This document shows positions 20,977 through 30,642 of a DNA stretch of 64,000 nucleotides, one piece after another. Source of the DNA: Acidobacteriota bacterium (GTDB lineage: Bacteria > Acidobacteriota > Thermoanaerobaculia > Multivoradales > J023); NCBI GenBank assembly GCA_039194425.1, contig JBCCVZ010000022.1:48451-112450 (forward strand), written 5' to 3'. Every line of letters starts with the position of its first letter. Position 1 is the stretch's first letter. Under the pieces are notes generated by a model. It was not told the origin of the DNA. It made no database searches and saw only the letters and a list, made by a program, of their open reading frames with translations. A program made the position numbers and the translations under genes.

Positions 20977-22587
20977 TCAGAGACTCAGGCGCACGCCGAC
21001 CGACAGCGTGTCGAGGGTCAGGTCGGAGCGTTCCAAGTCGGTGTCGTACTGGAGGTAGGCGGCGAAGCCGCCACGCAGCTGAGCGGACAGGCCGAGCCCG
21101 AGGCGGAAGAAGTTCTCATCGGGCTCGGCCGTCGGCAGGCGCAGCAGCGTCCCTCGCGGGTCGGCGAGGAAGCGAGCGCGCACCACGCGGTCGTCGCCCT
21201 CGAGCTCGCGCACGCCGCTGAATCGCAGGCGCGGCGTGAGCATGCCCCAAGGACGGGCGATCGGCCAGGCGAGGTCGACGCCGGTCTCGACCTGGAGCGA
21301 CTCGATCTCCTGCTCGAGGAATTCGAGGTAAAGACCCGCACCATCCGGGTCGCCCGACTCGCGGTAGGCGTCGAGCGTCGCCTCGAGCCAGGCAGCGCGG
21401 ACGAAGCCGGTGACTTCGAGCTCGCTGCGCAGGCGGCGGTCCCAGCCAACCTCGGCGAAAAGAGACACCTCGTCGCTCTCGGTCGCGCCGGTCGCGACGT
21501 AGCGTGTGCGGCCGCGCAGCGCCACCGGCAGGTCGATCGCGCGCGTCTGCTCGAGATCGGCGCGGCCGACGCCGGCGACCGCCTGGACGTAGACGCCGCG
21601 CTCCCAGACGGCCTGGACGAAGAGCGACAGGGCCTCGCCGTCGGCCTCGAGCGCGCCGCCACGATCGAAGAACTCGGCGTCGGCTCTGGCGACGGAGAGC
21701 GCGCCGCCGAGCACCGCATGCTCGCCGAGCCGGTAGTCGACGCCGAGCATCAGGTCGTCGAGATCGAGGTCGAAGCCGGCCTCGTCGACGTCGAGCGGTC
21801 GCTCGCCGGTCGACAGCGCGCCGCTGACGAAGAGGCCGAGCCGTCGGCGGTCGCCGGAGGCCCGTTCCTCGACGGCCCCATCCTCCGCCCACGACGCGGC
21901 CTCACCGTCGACGCGTAGCCGCAGGCCGTCGAACGCGCGTCGCGCGTCGCCCCGCCGATGCGCCGCCAGCCTCTCGACCAGGTGCAGCTGGCGCGAGCGT
22001 GCGATGCTCTCGAGCACCGTCGCCTGTGCCGCGAGCTCGTCGGGCTCGAGCTCTTCCAACACGCGCTCCTGGTCGTCGTCGCTCAAGCCGTCGACGTATC
22101 CGCAGAGTCCGTCGAGCGCCGCGAGATCATCGTCACAGGCCTGCTCGAAGGTCGTCTGGATCGGGTCGAGCGCCGACACGACCGTGGCAGTGAAGAACAC
22201 GGAGCGCTCGGCACCGACGACCCGCGCTGTCACCCGCACCAAGCCGAGCCGGGCGCCGAGCCGCAGACGGTTGCTCGCGATGCCGTCGCCGCCGGTCGTG
22301 GTCAGGCCGCCGGCGACCAGCGTCGCGTCGCCGAACACCACAGTCCACTGCACGCTCGCATCGGCGACCGGCTCACCGTCGGCGCCGCGCACCCGCAGCC
22401 GCAGCGAGCGCCCGAGCAGACTGTCGACCGCGCCCCGCTGGGCGTCGCCGCCGGCGATCTCGATGGCGTAGACTTCGACAGCCTGCGGCGTCGTCTCGAG
22501 CTCCCCGCCGGAACTGCCCTGCCCGACCAGGGGGCAACACAGCGCCAGCATCAGCAGGAACACCAGGGATTTCTTCTGCTCGTGCAT
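20977..22587 (-). CDS. Autotransporter-like outer membrane protein (N-terminal passenger / Ig-like domain + C-terminal beta-barrel)
   Basis: Signal peptide MHEQKKSLVFLLMLALCCPLVGQG. The C-terminal approximately 280 aa show alternating hydrophobic beta-strand periodicity (GVDYRLGEHAVLGGALSVARADAEF..., ...TLDTLSVGVRLSL) typical of autotransporter translocator domains. Confidence 0.7.
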   Translation of the reverse strand: MHEQKKSLVFLLMLALCCPLVGQGSSGGELETTPQAVEVYAIEIAGGDAQRGAVDSLLGRSLRLRVRGADGEPVADASVQWTVVFGDATLVAGGLTTTGGDGIASNRLRLGARLGLVRVTARVVGAERSVFFTATVVSALDPIQTTFEQACDDDLAALDGLCGYVDGLSDDDQERVLEELEPDELAAQATVLESIARSRQLHLVERLAAHRRGDARRAFDGLRLRVDGEAASWAEDGAVEERASGDRRRLGLFVSGALSTGERPLDVDEAGFDLDLDDLMLGVDYRLGEHAVLGGALSVARADAEFFDRGGALEADGEALSLFVQAVWERGVYVQAVAGVGRADLEQTRAIDLPVALRGRTRYVATGATESDEVSLFAEVGWDRRLRSELEVTGFVRAAWLEATLDAYRESGDPDGAGLYLEFLEQEIESLQVETGVDLAWPIARPWGMLTPRLRFSGVRELEGDDRVVRARFLADPRGTLLRLPTAEPDENFFRLGLGLSAQLRGGFAAYLQYDTDLERSDLTLDTLSVGVRLSL

Positions 22588-22747
22588 CGACTCTCTCCTC
22601 TCGTCGACTCGGTCGTAGAGATCTTTGGCAGCTTTTTTTCGCGACCTTCCATAGCCCGGCCCTCGCCCTCTCGCGACGGCCGAATCGCTTGAACTTTCTT
22701 CGGTGGAGGTCCGGCGCCCTCACGCGCACGGAGCTCGAGGAGGATCC

Positions 22748-23878
22748 GTGACATCGACTGCCCCGGACGATGAGCTGGAGCGCATCGAGCGTGCGCCGAT
22801 CGAGCGCCTCGGCGCTCTGGACCACGAGCGCCACCGCGTCGACCGCCTGCTGCGACGGCTCGACGAAGAGACCGGCGACGCGTCGGCGCGCATCGTGCGC
22901 AAGATCGCCGACGACTACCGCATGCGACTCGCCGACTTCGACGCCGAGATCGCGACTCTGCGCGGTGACGCGCTCGCGGGCATGCGCCGGCTGCAGGCGC
23001 TGGTCGCCGCCCGGCGCGACGCGCACGAAACCGCACGCGACGCGCACGATGAGCTCGAGCTGCGCCTGCGCATCGGCGAGTTCGACGACGATTCCGGCGC
23101 CGGCGACCGGCTGCGCGCCGCCGCGCGGCAGGCCGAGGCCTGCGCGCAGCGCTTCGAGGCGGCCCGCGGCATGCTCGACGTGCTCGCGGCCGCGGCGCCG
23201 TCTCTTGTCGACGAGCCACCGCCCAGCACCGACGCGCCGCCCTTCGACGGAGCGCCGCGGGCCAGCGACGGACCACGGGCCAGCGACGGGCCACGGGCCG
23301 ACGAGACACCGTCGCTCGAGCAGCAGCTCGCCGACGTCGCCGACGACCTCGACGCCACCCACGGCGGCGAGCCCGCGCCGGAGCCCTTCGACACCGGGGC
23401 GATGCCGCGGCTGCGCGCCGATGACACGCCTCCGGGCGGCAGGTCGTACGATCTCGGCGACGGCGAGGCGAACGAGGTTGCTCCGCCGATCAGCGTGGAC
23501 AAGCTGCTCGGCGCGACGATGTCGATCTCGCGCGCCGACTTCGATCTCGGTGAGCTGCAGACCCAGCGCGAGACCGTCGTCTGTCTGGCGTCGAGCGACG
23601 TCGACGATCTCTACTACATCCTCGAACCGGAGATGACCGTCGGACGTCTCGCCGACGGCGGCAACCAGATCGTGATCGACGACCTTGCCGTTTCGCGCCA
23701 GCACGCCAAGATCCAGCAGGAAGACGGTCGCCACCTGCTGATCGACCTGAGCTCGGCGAATGGCACCTTCGTCAACGACGAGCGCATCACCACGTGCACC
23801 CTCGAGCTCGGCGATCGCGTACAGTTCGGCCCGGCCGGCTTCGTCGTGCGTCCGCTCACCGACCTGCTCACCAACTGA
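22748..23878 (+). CDS. Coiled-coil protein with C-terminal FHA (forkhead-associated) domain
   Basis: GTG start 6 nt after AGGAGGA. The C-terminus YYILEPEMTVGRLADGGNQIVIDDLAVSRQHAKIQQEDGRHLLIDLSSANGTFVNDERI is a canonical FHA domain. The N-terminal half is heptad-rich and helical. Confidence 0.75.
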   Translation: MTSTAPDDELERIERAPIERLGALDHERHRVDRLLRRLDEETGDASARIVRKIADDYRMRLADFDAEIATLRGDALAGMRRLQALVAARRDAHETARDAHDELELRLRIGEFDDDSGAGDRLRAAARQAEACAQRFEAARGMLDVLAAAAPSLVDEPPPSTDAPPFDGAPRASDGPRASDGPRADETPSLEQQLADVADDLDATHGGEPAPEPFDTGAMPRLRADDTPPGGRSYDLGDGEANEVAPPISVDKLLGATMSISRADFDLGELQTQRETVVCLASSDVDDLYYILEPEMTVGRLADGGNQIVIDDLAVSRQHAKIQQEDGRHLLIDLSSANGTFVNDERITTCTLELGDRVQFGPAGFVVRPLTDLLTN

Positions 23879-23886
23879 CGCCGCCA

Positions 23887-26800
23887 TCACTCGAGCTCCT
23901 GGCGCACGGCCATCGCCGCAAACAGGCCACCGCGCGCCATCAGCTCGTCGTACGAGCCCGACTCGGCCACCTTGCCCTCGTGCAGGTAGAAGATGGTTTC
24001 GACGTTGCGAATCGTCGACAGGCGGTGGGCGATCACCACGCGCGTGACCTGCAATGCTTCGAGACTCTTCTGCACCGTCAGCTGGGTTTCGTTGTCGAGC
24101 GCACTCGTCGCCTCGTCGAAGAGCAGAATCGCCGGCTCGTTGACCAACGCGCGGGCGATCATCAGACGCTGCTTCTGGCCGCCCGAGAGACCGCCTCCAC
24201 CTTCGCTGATCACGGTGTGGATGGTCATCGGCATGCGCCGAATGTCGCGCTCGAGCCCGGCCTTGGCGGCGGCGGCCCAGGCCTCTTCCTCGGTGCGCGA
24301 GCTGGCGCCGACAATGTTGCGCAGAATGTCGGCCGGCAGGATCTTGCTGTCCTGCAGCACGACGCCGAGCTGCTGGCGCAGCAGGCGCAGGTCGAGCATC
24401 GACAGGTCCTGGCCGTCGTAGAGAATCGAGCCGCGCTCCGGCTGCTCGAAGCCGAGCAGCAGACGCAGCAACGTCGACTTTCCCGAGCCCGAACTGCCGA
24501 CGATCGCGACGCTGCCTGCCGCAGGGATCGAGAGCGAGAGATTGTCGAGCACCGGGGGCCCGGACGGGTCGTAGCGGAACGAGAGATTCGAAATCTCGAT
24601 GGCGCCGCGCAGCGCGCCCGGCGACATCTTGCCCTCGCGCACCTCGGGCCGCGCCTGGAGCACCGGCCGCAGCCGATCGAACATCGGCAGCACCTGGAGC
24701 AGGTCGACCGACGCGGTGCCGAGTGCCTGAACCGCGGTGGAGAAGATGCCGAACGCGGCCATGAACGCGAGGAAGTCGCCGGTCGAAAGGTCGAACGTCT
24801 CGCCACGCTCGGCCGCGCCTTCCTTGAGCTGAACCATGACGAAGAAGAGCACCAGCGTGGTGAAGGTGGTGTAGCCCGCATTGACCACGGCGACCCAGTT
24901 GCCGCGATGCCCGGACTTGAAGGCGACCGAGCGCTGGCGTGCGAAGCGCTGCGCCCAGACGTGAAAGGCGTGCACCTCGGCGCCGCTCACCCGCAGCTTC
25001 GCCATGCCGCCGATCAGCTGCACCATCAGGCCGTGGATCCTCCCGCGCAGCTCGAACTCGTCGCGCTGCAGGCGTACCCGCGTGACGTTGATCAGCCAGG
25101 TGCCGAACACATAGGCCACGGTCAGCAGAACGGCGACGACGGCGAGCTTCCAGCTATAGACCCCCATCTGCACAGCGTTGAACAGCGACGCGACCGAACC
25201 GAGAATCGCCGACACGCCGACCCGAGCCAGCAGGCCGCGGATCTTCGACACGCCGCCGGCGCGATCGGACAGGTCGCCCGCGGTGAATTCATGGAAAAAG
25301 CCGACCGGCAGCTCGAGGAGGCGGTCCCAGACCGCCGCCTGTGCGCTGTAGTCGGCCTTGCCCTGCACTCGCAGCACGGCGATCTTCTGGGTGATCTGGA
25401 ACGCTGCCGTGGCGCAGGCGGCGAGCGCCAATCCCAAGCTGAGATGCAGCAGCATCGTGGTCTCCGACTGCAGCAGGGCGACGTCGTAGATCTTGCCGGT
25501 GATGAACGGCGCGACCATGCTGAGCAAGCCGAGGCCGACGCCCATCGCAACGATCACGCGCAGCTCGGCGCCGAGATCGCGCAGCGCGAACGCCCCCAGC
25601 TCGCGCGCGCCGAGCGTGTTCAGATCGCTCGGGAAGGGCCGGTAGAGCACGTGGCCAAAGCCGGTGAGCTCGCGCGCCAGCGCGCGATCGACCTGCCGCT
25701 CCTCACCCGTCACCGGGTCGATGCAGGTGTAGGTCGGCACGCCGCGGCGCCACCACGAGCGCTCGCCCTGGAGCATGACGACAACCGACTTTCCGTCACG
25801 GCGTGGAGCGAGGAAGTGCCCGATCTCGTGCGTCCACCAGCCGTCCTCGAGCCAGATCTGGCGCACGCGAAAGCCCGAGGCGACGGCGATGTCGGCGAGC
25901 GCGTCGTCGAACTTGCGCTCACCGTGGTGGTAGGGATGCGGACGCACCTCGAATCCCTGCGCGCGGCCGAGGTGCCGGCAGGCTTCGAGCAACGGCTCGA
26001 GTGGCACCTCGTCGTGGATGCGCGGGCGCCACTGCTTGGTGCCGCCCATGACCGACTTGATCGCTCCCAGCGCCTCGTCGCCGACGCGCTCCCACTCGCG
26101 CGCCCGCTGGCGCAGACGCACGGCATCGTCGAGCTTGCCCATCTTCAGCTGCAGCAGGAACGACGCGGCAAAGGCACGGTGATAGAGCTCGAGCGCAAGC
26201 CACGGCTCACGCCGCACCAAGGCCTCGGCGGTCGACCACGCACGCGCCGTCACCGCACGCGCCGTGGTCTCGAGCGCCAGCCAGTCGTCTGGGGCGAGCG
26301 GAAAGAGCGGCGTCGGCCCCTGGTAGGTCTCGTCGCGGACGAAGAACGGGCACTCGACCTCGATCCAGGTGACCCCCTGGCCGACCAGCACGCCGGACAC
26401 CGACTGCGGCTCGGCCGTCGGTCGCACGACCGTGCGCTCACGCGGCATCCGGTCGCGCGGCAGGCGTGAGCCGAGCGCCGTGATCCAGGCGTCGAGCGCC
26501 TGGGCGACGCGCGCCCGGTGCCGGCGCACCAGAACCTGCACGTGATCGATGCCGATCTCGCGCACCGCCGCCGCCTTGCCGACGGCGATGAACCCGACCT
26601 GGTCGTCGTCGCCGTAGTCCTGCGGATCCGGGTGGAAGAAGACGCCGCCCGCCCGCACCGTGGCGACATGGGTCCGCTCGCCGTACGGCCGGCCGTCGAC
26701 CAGCGGCACCGCGAAGAGATCGACATGCCCCCGCAGCACCCACCACGAGACGTCCGGGTCGGTGAGCGGCAGCGGCGCACTGGCGGTCAGCTCGAGCCCG

Positions 26801-27243
26801 CGGCCCTGCTCCTCGAACGGATCGTCCAGAGTCGGCAGCAGCTCGTCGAGATTGCGGATGCGCTGCGTGCGCGACGGCATCTCGGGCGAGGGGCCCTCGG
26901 GCGCCTCCGCCGCGACGCGGTGTCGCGCGAAGCGGAAGGTCGAGCGACCGATCGAGAATTGGCCGCCGACCTCGAGCGTCGCGGTCGACACCTGGCGCCC
27001 GTTGACGATCATCCGGTTGCTGCTGGCCTGGTCCTCCACCCGCAGCGTGCCGTCGTCGCCGAGGCGTACGACGACGTGACGACGCGACATCGCCGGGTCG
27101 AGCAAGCGCAGGTCGCAGTCGTGGCCGCGGCCGATCGACAGCGCGCCGTCGGCGAGCTGGATCCGCCGCTCGATCCACGAGCTGTCGGGACTGGCGGTGA
27201 CCGTCAGGTAGGCGCCGCCGCGGGCGGTCGTCGCGCGCGCCAT
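23887..27243 (-). CDS. NHLP/NHLM-type bacteriocin-export ABC transporter (permease + ATPase) with N-terminal FHA domain and cNMP-binding-like domain
   Basis: N-terminus: an FHA domain (SIGRGHDCDLRLLDPAMSRRHVVV...DQASSNRMIVNGRQV) then a cNMP-binding-like beta-roll. Then a 6-TM ABC exporter domain and an ATPase with Walker A GSSGSGKST, ABC signature LSGGQKQR and Walker B LLFDEATSALD. Its start is 1 nt after the stop of the upstream ABC gene. Confidence 0.9.
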   Translation of the reverse strand: MARATTARGGAYLTVTASPDSSWIERRIQLADGALSIGRGHDCDLRLLDPAMSRRHVVVRLGDDGTLRVEDQASSNRMIVNGRQVSTATLEVGGQFSIGRSTFRFARHRVAAEAPEGPSPEMPSRTQRIRNLDELLPTLDDPFEEQGRGLELTASAPLPLTDPDVSWWVLRGHVDLFAVPLVDGRPYGERTHVATVRAGGVFFHPDPQDYGDDDQVGFIAVGKAAAVREIGIDHVQVLVRRHRARVAQALDAWITALGSRLPRDRMPRERTVVRPTAEPQSVSGVLVGQGVTWIEVECPFFVRDETYQGPTPLFPLAPDDWLALETTARAVTARAWSTAEALVRREPWLALELYHRAFAASFLLQLKMGKLDDAVRLRQRAREWERVGDEALGAIKSVMGGTKQWRPRIHDEVPLEPLLEACRHLGRAQGFEVRPHPYHHGERKFDDALADIAVASGFRVRQIWLEDGWWTHEIGHFLAPRRDGKSVVVMLQGERSWWRRGVPTYTCIDPVTGEERQVDRALARELTGFGHVLYRPFPSDLNTLGARELGAFALRDLGAELRVIVAMGVGLGLLSMVAPFITGKIYDVALLQSETTMLLHLSLGLALAACATAAFQITQKIAVLRVQGKADYSAQAAVWDRLLELPVGFFHEFTAGDLSDRAGGVSKIRGLLARVGVSAILGSVASLFNAVQMGVYSWKLAVVAVLLTVAYVFGTWLINVTRVRLQRDEFELRGRIHGLMVQLIGGMAKLRVSGAEVHAFHVWAQRFARQRSVAFKSGHRGNWVAVVNAGYTTFTTLVLFFVMVQLKEGAAERGETFDLSTGDFLAFMAAFGIFSTAVQALGTASVDLLQVLPMFDRLRPVLQARPEVREGKMSPGALRGAIEISNLSFRYDPSGPPVLDNLSLSIPAAGSVAIVGSSGSGKSTLLRLLLGFEQPERGSILYDGQDLSMLDLRLLRQQLGVVLQDSKILPADILRNIVGASSRTEEEAWAAAAKAGLERDIRRMPMTIHTVISEGGGGLSGGQKQRLMIARALVNEPAILLFDEATSALDNETQLTVQKSLEALQVTRVVIAHRLSTIRNVETIFYLHEGKVAESGSYDELMARGGLFAAMAVRQELE

Positions 27244-27244
27244 C

Positions 27245-29497
27245 TCAGCCCTCTGCCTTCATCAAGCGGTAGTAGAGGCCCTTCTTCGCCAGCAGCTCGG
27301 CATGCGTGCCCGACTCGGCGCGCTGGCCCCGGTCCATGACGTAGATCTGGTCGCAGTCGCGGATCGTCGACAGGCGGTGCGCGACGATGATGCAAGTGCA
27401 GCCGCGGCGACGCAGCGCGTCGTCGATGCGCTGCTCGGTGATCGGGTCGAGCGCGCTGGTCGCCTCGTCGAGCACCAAGATGCTGGGATCGGCGACCAGA
27501 GACCGCGCGATCTCGAGGCGCTGGCGCTGGCCGCCGCTGAAGTTGTCGCCACCCTCCGCCACCCTGCCGTCGAGCATGCCCTCGCGACCGCTGACCATGG
27601 AGCGCAGCTCGGCGTCGTCGATCGCGGCCTGCAGCCGCGCGTCGCGCACGGTAGCGTCCCAGAGCGCGAGGTTGTCGCGAATGCTGCCCTCGAACATCAA
27701 GACCTCTTGGTCGACCATCGCCAGACTGTTGGTCAGGACCCGGCGCGGGATCTGCTCGCGCGGCACGTCGTCGAAGAGAATCTCCCCCTTCTGCGGCTGC
27801 AGCAGACCGGCGACCAGGCGCGCGACGGTCGACTTACCGCTGCCGCTGGCGCCGACCAGGGCGATGCGCTGCCCCGGCGTGACGACGAGCGAAAAGCCCT
27901 TGATCAGCGGCGGGTCGAACCGGCCGTAGCCGAAGGTGACGCCACGCAGCTCGACCTTGCCGGTGAGCTTGGCGCCCACATCGCGACCCAAGACGTCACG
28001 TTCCGCGACCCCGTCGCCGACGAGATCGCCGCCGGCCACATCGCCAAGCTGGATCTCCGGTGCGTAGCGGCCGACATCGTCGATGCGATTCATGTCGGCC
28101 TCGAGCTCCTGCAGCGCCGAGCCGAAGGACACCAGATTGGTGAGCGGCCGCGTGAACTGCGCGGCGAGCAGCTGGTAGGCGACGAGCTGGCCGACGGTGA
28201 GCGCACCCGCCATCACCTTCGAGCCACCGACGAAGAAGATCATCGCCGTGGTCAGCGCGGTGACCAGCGGCGGCACGATCGAGATCCAGTCGCCGAGGCG
28301 CTGCAGCTCCTGCTCGCTGCGCAGCGTCTTCGACTGGTAGCCGGCCCAGCGCGAGAAGAACTCGAGCTCATTGCCCGTGGCCTTGAGCGTCTCCATCATG
28401 CCCAGGCCGTAGCTCGCCGTCGACTGCAACTTGCCGCGGTCGGCGAGCAGTCGCTGGCTGGCGTCGCGGCGGGCGCGGCCAGCGAAGTGCAGCGCGGCGA
28501 CGTTCACCGCGGCGAGCGCCATCACCCAAAGCGTCAAGTCGAGGGCGTAGAGGCAGAGCAAGAGGGCGTAGAAGACCATCGTCAGGCAGTCGATGGCGGT
28601 GGTCGCCAGCCGGCCGGTGATCGTCTTCGCCACCTTGTCGTTCATCTGCACGCGCTCGGCGATCTCGCCGGCGCCGCGCTGCGCGAAGAAACCGACCGGC
28701 AAGCGCAGCAGGTGGCGCACGAACTCGGTCGAGGCGCCGAGCGCGAGGCGCGTCTCGAGCTTGATCAGCGCCCGCTCCTGCAGGTACGTGAGCACCATGC
28801 TGACGACGAAGGTGACCGCCATCGCGACGAGCAGCGGGTTGATCATGCGCTCGCGCTCCGCGATCAGATACTCGTCGACGAAGATCTTCGAGAACGCGGG
28901 AGCCAACAGCCCCGGCAACACCAGCGCCAGGCCGCACAGGACGATGAACGCCAGGGGCACGCGCGACGAGCTGATACGGCGCCAGATCGCCGCCACCAGG
29001 CTCCGTTTCTGGCCTCCAGGCTCGAAGCTCTCGCCCGGCGTGAAGGTGAGCACGACGCCGGAATAGGCGAGATCGAGCTCTTCGAGCGACACCGCGCGCG
29101 GGCCGCGCGCCGGATCGCTGAGCAGAGCCTTGCCCTTTTTGAACCCGCCCAGCACCACCCAGTGATTGCGATTCCAGAACAGGATCGCCGGGTAGTCGAG
29201 CTCGTAGAGGCTTTCGATCTTGGAGTAGCGGCGACCCGACGCCTCGAGGTCGTAGCGCCGCGCCGCCTCGACCATGTGCACCGCCTTGGTGCCGTCACGC
29301 GACACGCCGCAATCCTCGCGCAGCACCTCGAGCGGCACCACCCGACCGAAATGCTGCAGCACGATGCCGAGCGCCGCCGCGCCGCACTCGACGTTCTCCA
29401 TCTGGATCAGGGTCGGCAGATCGACATGGCGATCCGGCGGCGGAGCCAACGTCTCGCCGCCGGCCGCCGCCGCGGCCTGGGCTCCGATGGGTTCCAT
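27245..29497 (-). CDS. NHLP/NHLM-type bacteriocin-export ABC transporter with N-terminal C39 peptidase domain (leader peptide GG-cleaving exporter)
   Basis: C39 motif QMENVECGAAALGIVLQHFG (catalytic Cys) and an HW motif (NRNHWVV). TM domain, Walker A GASGSGKST, signature FSGGQRQR, Walker B LVLDEATSALD. I chose the start at MEPIGAQ, overlapping the HlyD stop (ATGA-type coupling). Confidence 0.9.
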   Translation of the reverse strand: MEPIGAQAAAAAGGETLAPPPDRHVDLPTLIQMENVECGAAALGIVLQHFGRVVPLEVLREDCGVSRDGTKAVHMVEAARRYDLEASGRRYSKIESLYELDYPAILFWNRNHWVVLGGFKKGKALLSDPARGPRAVSLEELDLAYSGVVLTFTPGESFEPGGQKRSLVAAIWRRISSSRVPLAFIVLCGLALVLPGLLAPAFSKIFVDEYLIAERERMINPLLVAMAVTFVVSMVLTYLQERALIKLETRLALGASTEFVRHLLRLPVGFFAQRGAGEIAERVQMNDKVAKTITGRLATTAIDCLTMVFYALLLCLYALDLTLWVMALAAVNVAALHFAGRARRDASQRLLADRGKLQSTASYGLGMMETLKATGNELEFFSRWAGYQSKTLRSEQELQRLGDWISIVPPLVTALTTAMIFFVGGSKVMAGALTVGQLVAYQLLAAQFTRPLTNLVSFGSALQELEADMNRIDDVGRYAPEIQLGDVAGGDLVGDGVAERDVLGRDVGAKLTGKVELRGVTFGYGRFDPPLIKGFSLVVTPGQRIALVGASGSGKSTVARLVAGLLQPQKGEILFDDVPREQIPRRVLTNSLAMVDQEVLMFEGSIRDNLALWDATVRDARLQAAIDDAELRSMVSGREGMLDGRVAEGGDNFSGGQRQRLEIARSLVADPSILVLDEATSALDPITEQRIDDALRRRGCTCIIVAHRLSTIRDCDQIYVMDRGQRAESGTHAELLAKKGLYYRLMKAEG

Positions 29498-30639
29498 CAG
29501 CTGAAGCCCAAGGTCTTCTTGACGTAGGGGATGACCAGCTCGATCGGCGCCCGCTCCCCCACCGTGATGCGCGCCGAGCACGGCGTATTGCTCTCGATGT
29601 CGAGCTCCTGACCCTTCGACGTCGTCCACTCGAACACGTCATCGCGGTCGGGGTCGGGGTCGATCACGACCTCGTACGGCGTACCCTCGATGAACTGCTC
29701 GACGAGCTGATCGTTGTTCAACGTCGAGCGCACCTGCTCCGGAGTCACCGGCTGGGCCGACACGGTCAGGACGACGCCGCGGATGTAGCCGTACTCCTCC
29801 GGCTTGATGGTGGACGGCGCGATGCGCACCGGCATGCCGGCCTCCGCCCGCTTGCCCTCGGCGAGCGCGACGTAGAGCACTAGCTGATACGGCTCGCCGG
29901 CGGCCTCGAGGTTGAGAATGCGGCCACCGGCATCGATCATCACGCCGTCGGTGACCAGCACCGCGGCGACCCGGCCGGCGACCGGACTGATCACCTCGGA
30001 GCCGTCTTTCTGGTCCGCCTGCAGCTGCTCGAGAGTGCGCTTCTCGTCGCGGATGCGGGCGGCGAACTCCTCTTCGCTCAGGTCGATCTGCAGCAGCTGG
30101 CCCTCGACCTGGGCGATCTCGCCCTCGATCGCCAGGATGTCCTGTCGCCGCGCGAGCCCTTTCGCCTGCAGCCCCTGCTTGGCGCGAAGGCGCTCCCGCA
30201 GGCCGCTCAGCTGGCGCTCGTAGGCACCGCGCTGGCGGCGCCAATCGGCCAGCTGAAGCAATCCCTGGCGCTCGAGATCACCGATGCGTTTCTCGGTGGC
30301 GTCGATCTGGTTCTGCAGCTCGGCGAGGTCGAGCGTAGCCACCACGTCGCCGGCGGCGATCGTGTCACCGACCTCGACCTGCACCTCGACGACACGGCCG
30401 GCGACCGGCGCTTGCACCGTGCCGACATTCTCGCCCTGGAGCAGCATGCCGACACCGTCGACCTCGATCGGCAGGCTGCCGAAGACGCTCCACGCCACCA
30501 CCGCCGCGAGCCCGGCGAGAATCGCCAGCAGCGCCGTCCAGCCGGCGGGCGAGGTCACCGTCATCGGTAGGTCGAGCTGCTCGGGCGAGGCCGAGCGCTC
30601 GAGCTCGGCCTTGCGCATGAGATCCTGCGGTCCGAGCAC
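29497..30639 (-). CDS. NHLM-bacteriocin-system secretion protein (HlyD-family membrane fusion protein)
   Basis: N-terminal TM anchor (WTALLAILAGLAAVVAW). Lipoyl-like hairpin motifs (GTVQAPVAGRVVEVQVEVGDTIAAGDVVATLD ... VISPVAGRVAAVLVTDG), a long coiled coil, and a C-terminal beta-domain. Confidence 0.85.
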   Translation of the reverse strand: MLGPQDLMRKAELERSASPEQLDLPMTVTSPAGWTALLAILAGLAAVVAWSVFGSLPIEVDGVGMLLQGENVGTVQAPVAGRVVEVQVEVGDTIAAGDVVATLDLAELQNQIDATEKRIGDLERQGLLQLADWRRQRGAYERQLSGLRERLRAKQGLQAKGLARRQDILAIEGEIAQVEGQLLQIDLSEEEFAARIRDEKRTLEQLQADQKDGSEVISPVAGRVAAVLVTDGVMIDAGGRILNLEAAGEPYQLVLYVALAEGKRAEAGMPVRIAPSTIKPEEYGYIRGVVLTVSAQPVTPEQVRSTLNNDQLVEQFIEGTPYEVVIDPDPDRDDVFEWTTSKGQELDIESNTPCSARITVGERAPIELVIPYVKKTLGFS

Positions 30640-30642
30640 GCC

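Noticed and set aside
23794-29527. Plus-strand ORFs 23794-26469 (891 aa) and 27302-29527 (741 aa)
   Set aside because: Antisense to the two ABC transporter genes, whose Walker/ABC-signature motifs are on the minus strand.
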